Of a stretch of DNA of 64,000 nucleotides, positions 1 to 10,049 are shown in pieces. The translations under genes and the position numbers were made by a program. Origin of the DNA: an uncultured virus (IMG/VR IMGVR_UViG_3300044858_002168) (lineage: Duplodnaviria > Heunggongvirae > Uroviricota > Caudoviricetes); the IMG/VR virus record IMGVR_UViG_3300044858_002168, positions 1 through 64,000 of that record; one strand, written 5' to 3'. A model generated the notes under the pieces. It saw nothing but the letters and a program-made list of their open reading frames with translations, was not told where the DNA came from and ran no database searches. Position 1 is the first letter of the stretch. Each line of letters starts with the position of its first letter.

Positions 1-325
1 ATAACGGGCAAGATACTTGTTGGCGGATCCATCAGTGCCACAGAAACTGAATCAGATATTGCAGCTATAACGGGCAATACAGGTACTAGCGGATCGATTA
101 GTGCCACAGAAACTGAATCAGACATTGCAGCTATAACAGGCAAGATACTTGTTGGCGGATCCATCAGTGCCACAGAAACTGAATCAGATATTGCAGCTAT
201 AACGGGCAATACAGGTACTAGCGGATCGATTAGTGCCACCGAAACTGAATCAGACATTGCAGCTATAACAGGCAAGATACTTGTTGGCGGATCCATCAGT
301 GCCACAGAAACTGAACAAGACATTT
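1..325 (+). repeat. Coding tandem repeat, 66-bp units alternating A/B (132-bp period)
   Basis: ITGKILVGGSISATETESDIAA / ITGNTGTSGSISATETESDIAA repeated with near-identical DNA. Confidence 0.95.
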
Positions 326-3300
326 TTGCTGGGTCTGTTTCAACTGCTCCAGCTATAGAAGTTATTAAACAATATGGAAGAACAGCTGCAACCTATACAT
401 TGGGCGTTTTTCTGTATGATGAAAAAATATTAATAACAGCAGAACCGCTGTCTAGTTTAAGTGTTGCTATTACATACGTATCTAAAACTAAGGCATCTTC
501 CATCTATCACCCAGACAAAGCCACTGCTGAAATCATTAGTCCAAACACCGCACTTGACGTATATTTTACTACTACAAAATTATCAGAAATACTTACGTAC
601 GGTAAAATTGATTCGGTAGCTGCAGATGGAATATTTCTGCCAGAGCTTGAGAGAATACCTGTAGAAGTGGTACAATTCTCAGACAGCCTGTTTAGAGTAA
701 CTTTTAGAGATATTGAAGAAGAGTCAGAGATTTTAGAAATCTATGAAACTTTCTTAGAAAAACCGTTAACAGATACCTATACAACAGAAGATTATCTTGA
801 TACACAAACTGACTACTACAGAGATCAAGTAGATTTCACCAGTATATCTTCAGATATACTAATTAATATGTTGTACGATAATTATTTATCTGATCAGTAC
901 AGCACTGTAGATCAGTTGTCTAATACTACAGTTAAATCTTTAGAAGATCAGTACAGTATCTCAGATAGTTTTACTTATGTTAATATAACAGGAGTTATTG
1001 ATCAGTTTGTAACACAAGACTTATTAACTACCGAGTACACTAAAGTTGTAATAGATCAGTACAATATATCAGACATAGTATCAACACAATTAAGTTACTT
1101 CAAAGATTTTGCAGATGAATACAATGTATCAGATTTAGTATCTAACAACCCACAAAAAGTAGTAGAAGATAGTTATAGTATAACTGACAATACAATTTAT
1201 TCGATAGAAAAAATAGTACTCGATCCAGCCAGTATATCTGACAATTTATCACGAATAGTAGATTTTAATCCTAGCATAATAGATCAACTAAATCTTTCTG
1301 ATAATATTGGTGAAACCCAAATTGACGACGGCACAACCTTTAAATATTCAAAAGACGAAACCGATCAGTATTTTATATCAGACATTCAATACTCTTTAAT
1401 AACAAAACCTGTAATTGACCAATACAACATTGCAGACCAAGTATTTAGCGATATTGCAAAAATTGTAGCCGATCAGTACAATATTTCAGATAGTCTAAAT
1501 AGATCGTTAGATTTTTACAGAGATCAAACAGATCAAAGTAATATACTAGATATTCAATATTCTTTGATAGCTAAACAAGAATCAGAAAGTACACAATTTA
1601 CAGAAAGTAATATTACCAGTGTAAACAAAATAGTTCAAGAGCAAACAAATATTCAAGAAATAGTAGATAAGCAATTAGACAAACTATCTATAGATTATTT
1701 TAATATTGGTAGCTCAATATCTACACAAAAAGATTTTTTCAGAGATTTTTCCGAAACCAACAACATATCGGATATAGCAAGACAGCTTGTAAGTAAATCT
1801 ACACAAGAAGAGTTTAATGTATCAGATACTTATGTGTCCGTCATTAACTTTCTTAGACAGCCTGTTGAAAACCCTGTAATTTCTGATCAACTAGTCTCAA
1901 CTACTGATTTTCTAAGAAATCCTACAGATGTTGGTAGAATATCTGACAATTTAAACTACATCGCCAATTTTTTCAGAGCACCAGAAGACCCTGTAAATCT
2001 ATTAGAAATAGTTAATTATAGTGTAGTAAAAGTATTAACAGATACGTACAGCTTGGAAGAAGTAATATCCAATCAAGTAGGTAAGCCACTGACTGATAGT
2101 TATCAGATATCTGATATCACTAGCACTGTGGTTGAGTATACTCGAGAATTTTTGGAAGGATTAAATCTAAGTGACGACATTAACGGCGCTGCCACAGACG
2201 ACGATCAAAATGTTATTTACTTTAAAAACCCTTCTGACGAGTACAATGCCTCCGACGAACTATACAGCAGTATAAATAAAGCCGTACAAGAACAGTATAG
2301 TATACTAGACATTATTTTTAGCAGTGTTTTAAAACCAGTACAAGATCAATATAGTGTATCTGATATAGTTTTTACCGAAACTAATTATATTAGGGTGCAA
2401 GAAGATATAACAAATGTAGATGATAGCAGATTTTATTCATACAACAAAGTCAATATTGATGAATATAATTTATCAGATACTTTAGTTAATAGCTTAAATA
2501 AAGTATCAGTAGATCAGTTTAATATTGCAGAAATAGTACAAACTAACTTTACTAAAACTATAGTTCCAGATATTTTTAGTATATCAGACACAACTTCAGT
2601 ACAAGCTGATTTTTATAGAAATCCAACAGATCCAACTAATTTGGGCGATCTAGTTGCCAGGTTAGTAGGTAAACCTTTAGAAGAAATAACTAATTTAACA
2701 GATATATTATCAGTTACTGTTAACTACTTTAGGTCATTTATTGACGATACTAATATATCCGATTCTCCAATACTAATAGTTAATTACAATCCTGAGTACG
2801 ATGATTTATTGGTAGGTACAGATTTTACTGAATTTGAAGCTGAATTTTATAGAGAACCTGAAGAACCTTTAAACATAATTGATACTTCACAATATGATCT
2901 GTCCAAGCTACTATTAGATGAGTATAATATTAGTGATTTCTATATAAGTACATACAATAAATTTGTAACAGATCAGTCAAATGTATCGGATAACTATACT
3001 AGAGTAGTATCGTTTAGTAGAGAGTTTACTGACAATGTAGGTGTTGCCGACAATATTAATAGTGGAAGCTATATAGGTGATACTGGGTATTTTAACTATT
3101 CTAAATTTTTAGTAGAGCAAACTACTGTTCAAGAGCTTATAGTAAGTGATATTGACAAACCACTACCTGTGAATCAATATAACATAAATGACGCCATCTC
3201 TAATGATATTAGTAAAATCCCAGAAGATCTAACAAATATATCGGACTTAACAGCAATTCAAGCAGAGTTTATTAGAACACCAGAAGATATTAACAATATA

Positions 3301-6300
3301 TCTGAAAGTGCAATTATAGAGTACAGTTCAGAATTGTCAGATAGCTATGTTATATCAGAGGATATAATAAACACTGTTGAAAAGCCATTCTTAGACTACT
3401 ACTACACAACAGATGTAACTGTATATGTGGTAGACAAAGTTACTGAAGATATCACAGAAATACAAGAAGTAGCAGAAACTCAAGTAGATTTTTACAGGGA
3501 TCCACTTGATGAAAACAATATTATTGATATTTTTGAAAGTGTATTTGACAAACCAACAGAAGAATCTCTAAACAGTATCGACGTTATATCTTTTGCCACA
3601 GACTACTTTAGAGAAGCTTTAGACGACACTAGCTTATCTGACGATACATTAATTATTAACAGTTTTATAAGAGATATTATTGATATCAATACGCTTTCTG
3701 ACGAACTGTTGTCAGTTATTGATTATATTAGAGAATTCGACGACGTCTTAGACCTACAGGAAATAGTAGAAAATACTGTATTAAAAGAACTAGAAGAAAG
3801 TTTTAATCTAGGAGATGAGGCTCTTTTATTAACAGAAGTTAATGTAACGGACAACTATGAGCTCTCGGATACGCTAGACACTGTTATATCATATGATAGA
3901 GAGTTATTAGAAGAGTTAAATCTAAGTGATGACATAGACGGCTCAGCCTTAGACGACGATCAAAACTTTAGTTACTTTAAAAATCTATCAGATACTTATA
4001 GTTTACTAGACAGTACCCTCAGTTCAGTAGATAAAGGTTTATCAGAGGAGTATTATACTCTATCCGACAATCTTCAATATGATATTAATAAAGCACCTTT
4101 AGATTACTACAATATATCAGAAACTTTTGACCGAGCAGCTGAATTCTATAGAGACTACAGCGATCAATTTAATGCAACAGACTTATTAGTATCTGCTACA
4201 GACTTCTATAGAAATCCAGAGGAAACAGCATCCTTAACGGATAATACTATCTATAGTACGTTAAAAGTAGTAATTGACTCAAATAACATATCAGAAGATA
4301 TAGCAAGTAGCATAAATAAACTACTATCAGAACAAACAAATATTTTAGATACTGCTGCTACCAGCTTGTCTTTTATAAGAGATATAAGTGACAACATATT
4401 CTTTACAGATGATATAAATGGTTCGTCTGTTGATGATAGTCAAAATTTTACATACTTTAAAAATATTACTGATCGAAATGATGTAGTTGACAGTTTTACA
4501 ACCAGTACAATTAAAGCTATTCAAGATTCGTACACTTTATTTGAGGACTTACAAACCGCAGTAGAAAAGTCGATATCAGATACATACAGACTATCTGATA
4601 CTTTATTAACATATGTGGTATCCATCAGAGAGTTTACAGATTCTTACTATATTGCAGAATTAATTAGTGTAGGCAGTAACAAAGTATTTACTGACCAATA
4701 CACTTTAAGTGATACTACAACTCAAACTGTAAATTATAGCAGACTAGTAACAGATCAATCTAATATATTCGATCAATTTGACAGGCAGGTCAACTATGTA
4801 CCTAGCCATACAGATCAGTATAGGGTATTAGATAACGTATCCGTAAATGTTGAATTTAATAAATCTTACGAAGACCTATACTCTGCTGTAGATATACTAT
4901 CCTTGGCTTTAAACAGTGTTACAATTGACCAGTACAATATAAATGATACTATTGCACTATCCTCCAATAAGACAGTACTAGATCTAACCAATATTTCTGA
5001 TAGCCTTGACACTGCTACATCATTTGCAAGAACTATATTAGATCAGATAAACTTTTCTGACAATATTGGTGGTGCTACAATTAGTGATGGTTCAAATTTC
5101 AAGTATTCTAAAAATGAAATTGATCAATATTTTGTACAGGAATTACTAGCGTATCAAGTTAACAAAGTAGTCTCAGATCAATTTAACACTACTGATATAA
5201 CAGCACTTGATACTAATAAATCCGTTATAGATGTATATTCTGTAACTGATTCTATAAGCAGACAAACTGACTACATCAGAAATATATTAGATCAGCAATA
5301 TGTGAGCGACACGGTTGATACTCTGTTAGTAGTTATCAGGGAGTTTATCGACTTACCACTCGTTCAAGACATTCCTTTAATTGACTTTAACGTTGGAATT
5401 TCCGATAGTTATAATACAGTTGATGAGATATCTAATACTGTTAACAAACGATTAAATGATCAAACTATTACAACAGATAGTTTGAATACTGTATTAAGTT
5501 TTGATAGAAACTTTACTGATCAGATAAATACTTCTGATAATCTGAGCGGATCTTCTGTAGACGACAACCAAAATTTCATTTACTTTAAAGATATACAAGA
5601 TCAAACTAGCACTATAGATTACACGGCTATTAGTACTGTAAATTACCTTTATGACCAACAAGAGGTTGCTGAAGATATATCACTATTTGCTGGCAAAACA
5701 ATAAGTGATGTTTACGTAGCCAGTGACGTTTTAGAAAGAACAGCCGAGTACTACAGAAGTCTTACAGATCAATTTAGTACTTCAGATACTGTATCTACTC
5801 AATCAGCATTTTTTAGATCGCTGTCTGATAACTACAGTTTGTTTGATGTACTAGTAACTGCGACAACATCAGCGCAGGCAGATCAGTTTATAGTAAATGA
5901 CTCGTCTGAATTTTCTGCATTAAAATCTTTAACAGATCAAGGAAGTTTGTCTGATTCGTTTACCAGAGTTTTAGAGTACAATCAATCCTTAATTGATCAG
6001 ATAAATTTTTCTGACAATATTGGTGGAGCTACAATTAGTGATGGGTCAAACTTCAAGTATTCAAAAAATGAAACTGATCAATATCTAATATTAGAAATAA
6101 TATCTAATGATGCAAATAAGGGAGTTTTAGATAGTCAAGATATACTAGATTATCAAGAGCTATTTGTAAATAAAGGACCACTCGATCAAAGTAGTCTATT
6201 AGATAATATTTTAATAGATTCAGAATTTGACAGAGTTTTTACTGATCAAGCGGGATCATCCGACAGTATCGGTTTTCAAAATAATTTTTATAGACTTTTT

Positions 6301-7890
6301 GACGACCAGTACAGTATACTGGATTCTATAACTACTAGTAGCAATAAGCAGTCCTTGGATCAGCTAAATATAGAAGATGGTCAGTACTACACGGTATTTA
6401 AAGAATTATTAGATACAAGTATTTTATCTGACGACCTATCTATTGATTCGGAGTTTTACAGAAGTTTACTGGATGTACCTAGAGTAACTCAGCTGATTTC
6501 CTTACAAAATAATTTTAATAGAGATTTTGAAGACCAATACACTGTATCAGATTTTGTAAATGTTGTTCCTAACAAAGCAACTATTGAAGAAATAGGTCTT
6601 TTAGATACTCAGTATTTTGATATATTAAGAGCACCCACAGATACTCTTAATATAGAAGAATTAACAGAAATATCCTACAACATAGGCTTTTTTGATCAGG
6701 TATATGCGTTTGAGAAATTCAGCGAAAAAGATGCGTACGAATTTGAGTTTAATAAAATTAGTGACTACTTGTTCAACGATATTAGTAAAGTTCAAACAGA
6801 TCAAACCAGCCTGTCTGATTTTGTACTTGCAGATGTCACTTTTGACAGAGAAATTACAGAAACTGCAAGCATAGAAGAGACTATATCCCTGAGACCAAGA
6901 ATAAGGCTACCAGATTTACTTGTAAGTAAAATATCTTGGGCAATGTATACTCAAGATTATACAGGTGGTTATTTTGCAGAAATGTATCTTGAGGGTACTG
7001 GCAGAGAGTATGACGGCACTTATTATAATCTCTACGAGACGTATAAAGATAAGTATAATATTACTGATGTAGCTTCTTTAAGTACACTCTATAATAGGCC
7101 GGCTACAGAAAACACAAGTGTATCTGAAGATTTATTTATTGATAACAATGTATCGCCTATAGAAAATCCACTGAACTTTAATGATAATTTATATAATGTT
7201 ATAACCAAAAACATTTTTGATGAAATTAATCTAAGTGAAAATCTAATAACGCTGGGTACAGGTGACGCATCGCCGGCTGATTCATACGGTATTTCTGACA
7301 ACCTGTATTATAACACTGAAAAAACTATAGTGGACCAATACAGTATATCAGACTCTATATTGCTTGCTTATATTTCTGGTGTACCACTAGAGGATATTAT
7401 AAGTTTGACAGATTCCTTGTTTAATACAATAAACAAGAATTTGATAGATCAGCTAAACATAGCTGATGAGATATCAACACAAAGTGATAGCAGTACCACT
7501 TCGACAGACAGTTATAATATTGTAGACACTGTTTATCATACAACTGATAAACTATACGAAGATATTACTAATACTACAGATACCTATTACAGCGAAATAG
7601 TTAAAAGTATATTAGACCAATTAAATATATCTGATTTTACAACAATAGAAAAATCTGAGAATGCTGCTCCACAGGATAGTTCTAGTATTACAGATACAAC
7701 ATATTGCATTGTAGACAAGAGTATATTAGATCAATATAATATAGTAGATTCTTTATTAATCAACTGTATTTTTGACAGACAGATAGTAGATACTACAAGT
7801 GTTACATCTGATGGAATTATTTCCAACCAAAACTATGTTGCCGACTACTTTCAAGAAGGCTATATAGGAACATCATTGACATTTACATAA
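1..7890 (+). CDS. Giant acidic repeat-rich virion/tail-associated protein, 5' end outside window (>2600 aa)
   Basis: Frame 1 is open from base 1, so the track start at 400 is internal. D/S/T/I/V-rich with recurring DQYxISD motifs; N-terminal part is 22-aa repeats. Confidence 0.75.
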   Translation: MTGKILVGGSISATETESDIAAITGNTGTSGSISATETESDIAAITGKILVGGSISATETESDIAAITGNTGTSGSISATETESDIAAITGKILVGGSISATETEQDIFAGSVSTAPAIEVIKQYGRTAATYTLGVFLYDEKILITAEPLSSLSVAITYVSKTKASSIYHPDKATAEIISPNTALDVYFTTTKLSEILTYGKIDSVAADGIFLPELERIPVEVVQFSDSLFRVTFRDIEEESEILEIYETFLEKPLTDTYTTEDYLDTQTDYYRDQVDFTSISSDILINMLYDNYLSDQYSTVDQLSNTTVKSLEDQYSISDSFTYVNITGVIDQFVTQDLLTTEYTKVVIDQYNISDIVSTQLSYFKDFADEYNVSDLVSNNPQKVVEDSYSITDNTIYSIEKIVLDPASISDNLSRIVDFNPSIIDQLNLSDNIGETQIDDGTTFKYSKDETDQYFISDIQYSLITKPVIDQYNIADQVFSDIAKIVADQYNISDSLNRSLDFYRDQTDQSNILDIQYSLIAKQESESTQFTESNITSVNKIVQEQTNIQEIVDKQLDKLSIDYFNIGSSISTQKDFFRDFSETNNISDIARQLVSKSTQEEFNVSDTYVSVINFLRQPVENPVISDQLVSTTDFLRNPTDVGRISDNLNYIANFFRAPEDPVNLLEIVNYSVVKVLTDTYSLEEVISNQVGKPLTDSYQISDITSTVVEYTREFLEGLNLSDDINGAATDDDQNVIYFKNPSDEYNASDELYSSINKAVQEQYSILDIIFSSVLKPVQDQYSVSDIVFTETNYIRVQEDITNVDDSRFYSYNKVNIDEYNLSDTLVNSLNKVSVDQFNIAEIVQTNFTKTIVPDIFSISDTTSVQADFYRNPTDPTNLGDLVARLVGKPLEEITNLTDILSVTVNYFRSFIDDTNISDSPILIVNYNPEYDDLLVGTDFTEFEAEFYREPEEPLNIIDTSQYDLSKLLLDEYNISDFYISTYNKFVTDQSNVSDNYTRVVSFSREFTDNVGVADNINSGSYIGDTGYFNYSKFLVEQTTVQELIVSDIDKPLPVNQYNINDAISNDISKIPEDLTNISDLTAIQAEFIRTPEDINNISESAIIEYSSELSDSYVISEDIINTVEKPFLDYYYTTDVTVYVVDKVTEDITEIQEVAETQVDFYRDPLDENNIIDIFESVFDKPTEESLNSIDVISFATDYFREALDDTSLSDDTLIINSFIRDIIDINTLSDELLSVIDYIREFDDVLDLQEIVENTVLKELEESFNLGDEALLLTEVNVTDNYELSDTLDTVISYDRELLEELNLSDDIDGSALDDDQNFSYFKNLSDTYSLLDSTLSSVDKGLSEEYYTLSDNLQYDINKAPLDYYNISETFDRAAEFYRDYSDQFNATDLLVSATDFYRNPEETASLTDNTIYSTLKVVIDSNNISEDIASSINKLLSEQTNILDTAATSLSFIRDISDNIFFTDDINGSSVDDSQNFTYFKNITDRNDVVDSFTTSTIKAIQDSYTLFEDLQTAVEKSISDTYRLSDTLLTYVVSIREFTDSYYIAELISVGSNKVFTDQYTLSDTTTQTVNYSRLVTDQSNIFDQFDRQVNYVPSHTDQYRVLDNVSVNVEFNKSYEDLYSAVDILSLALNSVTIDQYNINDTIALSSNKTVLDLTNISDSLDTATSFARTILDQINFSDNIGGATISDGSNFKYSKNEIDQYFVQELLAYQVNKVVSDQFNTTDITALDTNKSVIDVYSVTDSISRQTDYIRNILDQQYVSDTVDTLLVVIREFIDLPLVQDIPLIDFNVGISDSYNTVDEISNTVNKRLNDQTITTDSLNTVLSFDRNFTDQINTSDNLSGSSVDDNQNFIYFKDIQDQTSTIDYTAISTVNYLYDQQEVAEDISLFAGKTISDVYVASDVLERTAEYYRSLTDQFSTSDTVSTQSAFFRSLSDNYSLFDVLVTATTSAQADQFIVNDSSEFSALKSLTDQGSLSDSFTRVLEYNQSLIDQINFSDNIGGATISDGSNFKYSKNETDQYLILEIISNDANKGVLDSQDILDYQELFVNKGPLDQSSLLDNILIDSEFDRVFTDQAGSSDSIGFQNNFYRLFDDQYSILDSITTSSNKQSLDQLNIEDGQYYTVFKELLDTSILSDDLSIDSEFYRSLLDVPRVTQLISLQNNFNRDFEDQYTVSDFVNVVPNKATIEEIGLLDTQYFDILRAPTDTLNIEELTEISYNIGFFDQVYAFEKFSEKDAYEFEFNKISDYLFNDISKVQTDQTSLSDFVLADVTFDREITETASIEETISLRPRIRLPDLLVSKISWAMYTQDYTGGYFAEMYLEGTGREYDGTYYNLYETYKDKYNITDVASLSTLYNRPATENTSVSEDLFIDNNVSPIENPLNFNDNLYNVITKNIFDEINLSENLITLGTGDASPADSYGISDNLYYNTEKTIVDQYSISDSILLAYISGVPLEDIISLTDSLFNTINKNLIDQLNIADEISTQSDSSTTSTDSYNIVDTVYHTTDKLYEDITNTTDTYYSEIVKSILDQLNISDFTTIEKSENAAPQDSSSITDTTYCIVDKSILDQYNIVDSLLINCIFDRQIVDTTSVTSDGIISNQNYVADYFQEGYIGTSLTFT

Positions 7891-7904
7891 ACAGAAGGGT
7901 TTCT

Positions 7905-8360
7905 ATGATTTTAGAAAATTTGAAACTAAGCGGTAAGTTAAACATAGTAATTAAAGACCAAGACGGTTCTGTTAAAGACCAGGTAGAGGTAGATAACTTA
8001 GTAGTTACTGCCGGTCTTACTTTTATCGCCAGCCGTATGGGCGGCACAACACAAGCAGTGATGAGCCACATGGGTGTTGGTTCCGGTACAACTGCTGCAG
8101 CGGCTGGTCAAACAGACTTGGTATCTATTGTTGGCTCACGCGTAGCATTAACCAGCACAACACCTGGAACTAGTAATATTGTATATGTTGCTAGCTTTGG
8201 TGCTGGCGTAAGTACAGGCGCCATTACAGAAGCAGGTATTTTTAATAATGCCACAGCTGGCAGCGGTACTATGTTATGCAGAACTACTTTCGCTGTTATC
8301 AATAAAGGTGCTAACGACACCATGACTGTTACTTGGACAGTTAGTTTAGTAGCCGTTTAA
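7905..8360 (+). CDS. Small structural/tail-associated protein
   Basis: 151-aa ORF with NLVVTAG...MGVGSG...ITEAGIFN motifs seen in phage tail-region proteins. Confidence 0.7.
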   Translation: MILENLKLSGKLNIVIKDQDGSVKDQVEVDNLVVTAGLTFIASRMGGTTQAVMSHMGVGSGTTAAAAGQTDLVSIVGSRVALTSTTPGTSNIVYVASFGAGVSTGAITEAGIFNNATAGSGTMLCRTTFAVINKGANDTMTVTWTVSLVAV

Positions 8361-8370
8361 TATCTCGCAT

Positions 8371-8399
8371 AAAGGACCACCTGCAAAGGTGGTCCTTTT
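8371..8399 (+). terminator. Intrinsic terminator
   Basis: aaaggaccacc-tgcaaa-ggtggtcctttt hairpin with U-tract. Confidence 0.85.
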
Positions 8400-8436
8400 A
8401 TTGCAAAATATTTAATAAATAACACGAGCAGGATTT

Positions 8437-8778
8437 ATGGCAAATATACTTTATAGAGAAACTACAACGCCTACTTTGCCTTCTTCTACCTCGGCAAAAG
8501 GCACACCACTAACCAACCTAGAGCTGGACGCTAATTTTAGATCTCTCAATGATGCAAAATTAGAAGGCATAGTACCTGTTGTTAACGGTGGTACAGGTGT
8601 TGTAACAATACCCGCTAATGCAGTAGTTATTGGAGCCGGTACCGATCCAATAACTAGCGTATCTCCGGGTACGGCAGGAAATGTTTTAACAAGCAATGGT
8701 ACTACGTGGTCGTCGACTGCACCGGGCGGTGTTACTACTGGTAAGGCTATAGCCATGGCTATTGTTTTTGGTTCTTAA
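8437..8778 (+). CDS. Tail fibre-associated protein
   Basis: KGTPLTNLELDANF N-terminal motif and GTAGNVLTSNG fibre repeat; AGGA RBS. Confidence 0.7.
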   Translation: MANILYRETTTPTLPSSTSAKGTPLTNLELDANFRSLNDAKLEGIVPVVNGGTGVVTIPANAVVIGAGTDPITSVSPGTAGNVLTSNGTTWSSTAPGGVTTGKAIAMAIVFGS

Positions 8779-8787
8779 GGAGTATCT

Positions 8788-9180
8788 ATGGCTAATCCAA
8801 ACATTGTAAACGTATCTTCTATATTTGCTAATACCACATATTTAACACCATCAGTAACAACTGCTGTGGTATTGCTGCCTAATGCGGCAGCTTCAAATAA
8901 AGTACTAAAAATCAATCAAATAGTAGTAGCTAATACTACTGGTATAGCTGCAAATACCACTGTTAGCATTTACACCAACGGAGCTGTAGCGCAAGGTTCG
9001 GCACCAAGTGGTGGTACAGCTTTTTCTATTGTATCAGGCGTACCAGTACCAGGTAGTGCTTCATTAATAGTAGTAGACAAGTCTACAGGTATCTATCTTC
9101 AAGAAGGGGTATCTATTGTTGTAACCTCCGGAACCGCAAGCGCCCTAACCTATAGTATATCCTATGAAGATATTAGTTAA
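8788..9180 (+). CDS. Hypothetical virion protein
   Basis: 130-aa ORF, AAGGAG RBS, in structural operon. Confidence 0.75.
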   Translation: MANPNIVNVSSIFANTTYLTPSVTTAVVLLPNAAASNKVLKINQIVVANTTGIAANTTVSIYTNGAVAQGSAPSGGTAFSIVSGVPVPGSASLIVVDKSTGIYLQEGVSIVVTSGTASALTYSISYEDIS

Positions 9181-9188
9181 GGAACACT

Positions 9189-10046
9189 ATGTCAACAAGA
9201 TATTTAGGTGCCGCATTAACTTCTAGTTTACAGACCCCTACCACAAATCCCAACAGTGTATGGAACACACGTGAAGAGCTGAGATATATACAAGAAGGTA
9301 CTTGGGCACCCCTTGTTGTAGACTGTTTATTGGTAGGCGGTGGTGGTGGTGGTGGTGGGCCGGGTACCAACGTAAGTGGTGGTGGTGGTGGCGCTGGTGG
9401 ATTTTTATTACAAAAATTAATTTTAACACCTGGAGCAATTTATACCATTATAATAGGGGTCGGCGGAGCAGGTGCCCCCGGAACAAATCTTCCAGGATTT
9501 AAGGGCGGTAATACTACTATAAGTGGTCCCAAAATCAATCTAGTGGCATACGGCGGTGCTCCTGGAATGATATTTCCAAATGCATACCCAGGCGGCCCTA
9601 TAGGTGGTAGTGGCAGCGGGGTTAGTGGAAACAGCGGCGGCGGCCACAGTGGTAACGGTCCTGTAGGGTTTGGAACATTTGGACAAGGCTTTGACGGATC
9701 ACTGGGAACTGGCGTTCTAGGAAGTACTGGTTGTAGTGGCGGAGGAGGCGGAGGTGCTGGAGGTCCTGGAACTATAGCGGCCGGAGGACCGGGTAGATTA
9801 AGTTCTATTACTGGAAATCTAGTTGTGTATGCAAGTGGAGGAATTGATACAGTTATATCGGGAGCTGCCAATAGAGGCAATGGAGGCGGCGGTGGCAGCG
9901 GCACGCCGGGCGCAAGTGGCGGCAGCGGTATAGCTGTTATAAGAGCACAAGTAACAGCACGTTCTACAACTGGGTCTCCAATAATTACAACTGTGGGATC
10001 GTCTACTGTTTATACTTTTACAGGTAGTGGTACAATAACTTTTTAA
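9189..10046 (+). CDS. Glycine-rich domain tail protein
   Basis: LLVGGGGGGG...GGSGIAVIR...YTFTGSGTITF glycine-rich domain. Confidence 0.75.
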   Translation: MSTRYLGAALTSSLQTPTTNPNSVWNTREELRYIQEGTWAPLVVDCLLVGGGGGGGGPGTNVSGGGGGAGGFLLQKLILTPGAIYTIIIGVGGAGAPGTNLPGFKGGNTTISGPKINLVAYGGAPGMIFPNAYPGGPIGGSGSGVSGNSGGGHSGNGPVGFGTFGQGFDGSLGTGVLGSTGCSGGGGGGAGGPGTIAAGGPGRLSSITGNLVVYASGGIDTVISGAANRGNGGGGGSGTPGASGGSGIAVIRAQVTARSTTGSPIITTVGSSTVYTFTGSGTITF

Positions 10047-10049
10047 ATT

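Noticed and set aside
400..402. Track start codon of the giant ORF
   Set aside because: The frame is open back to base 1, so the true start is upstream of the window.
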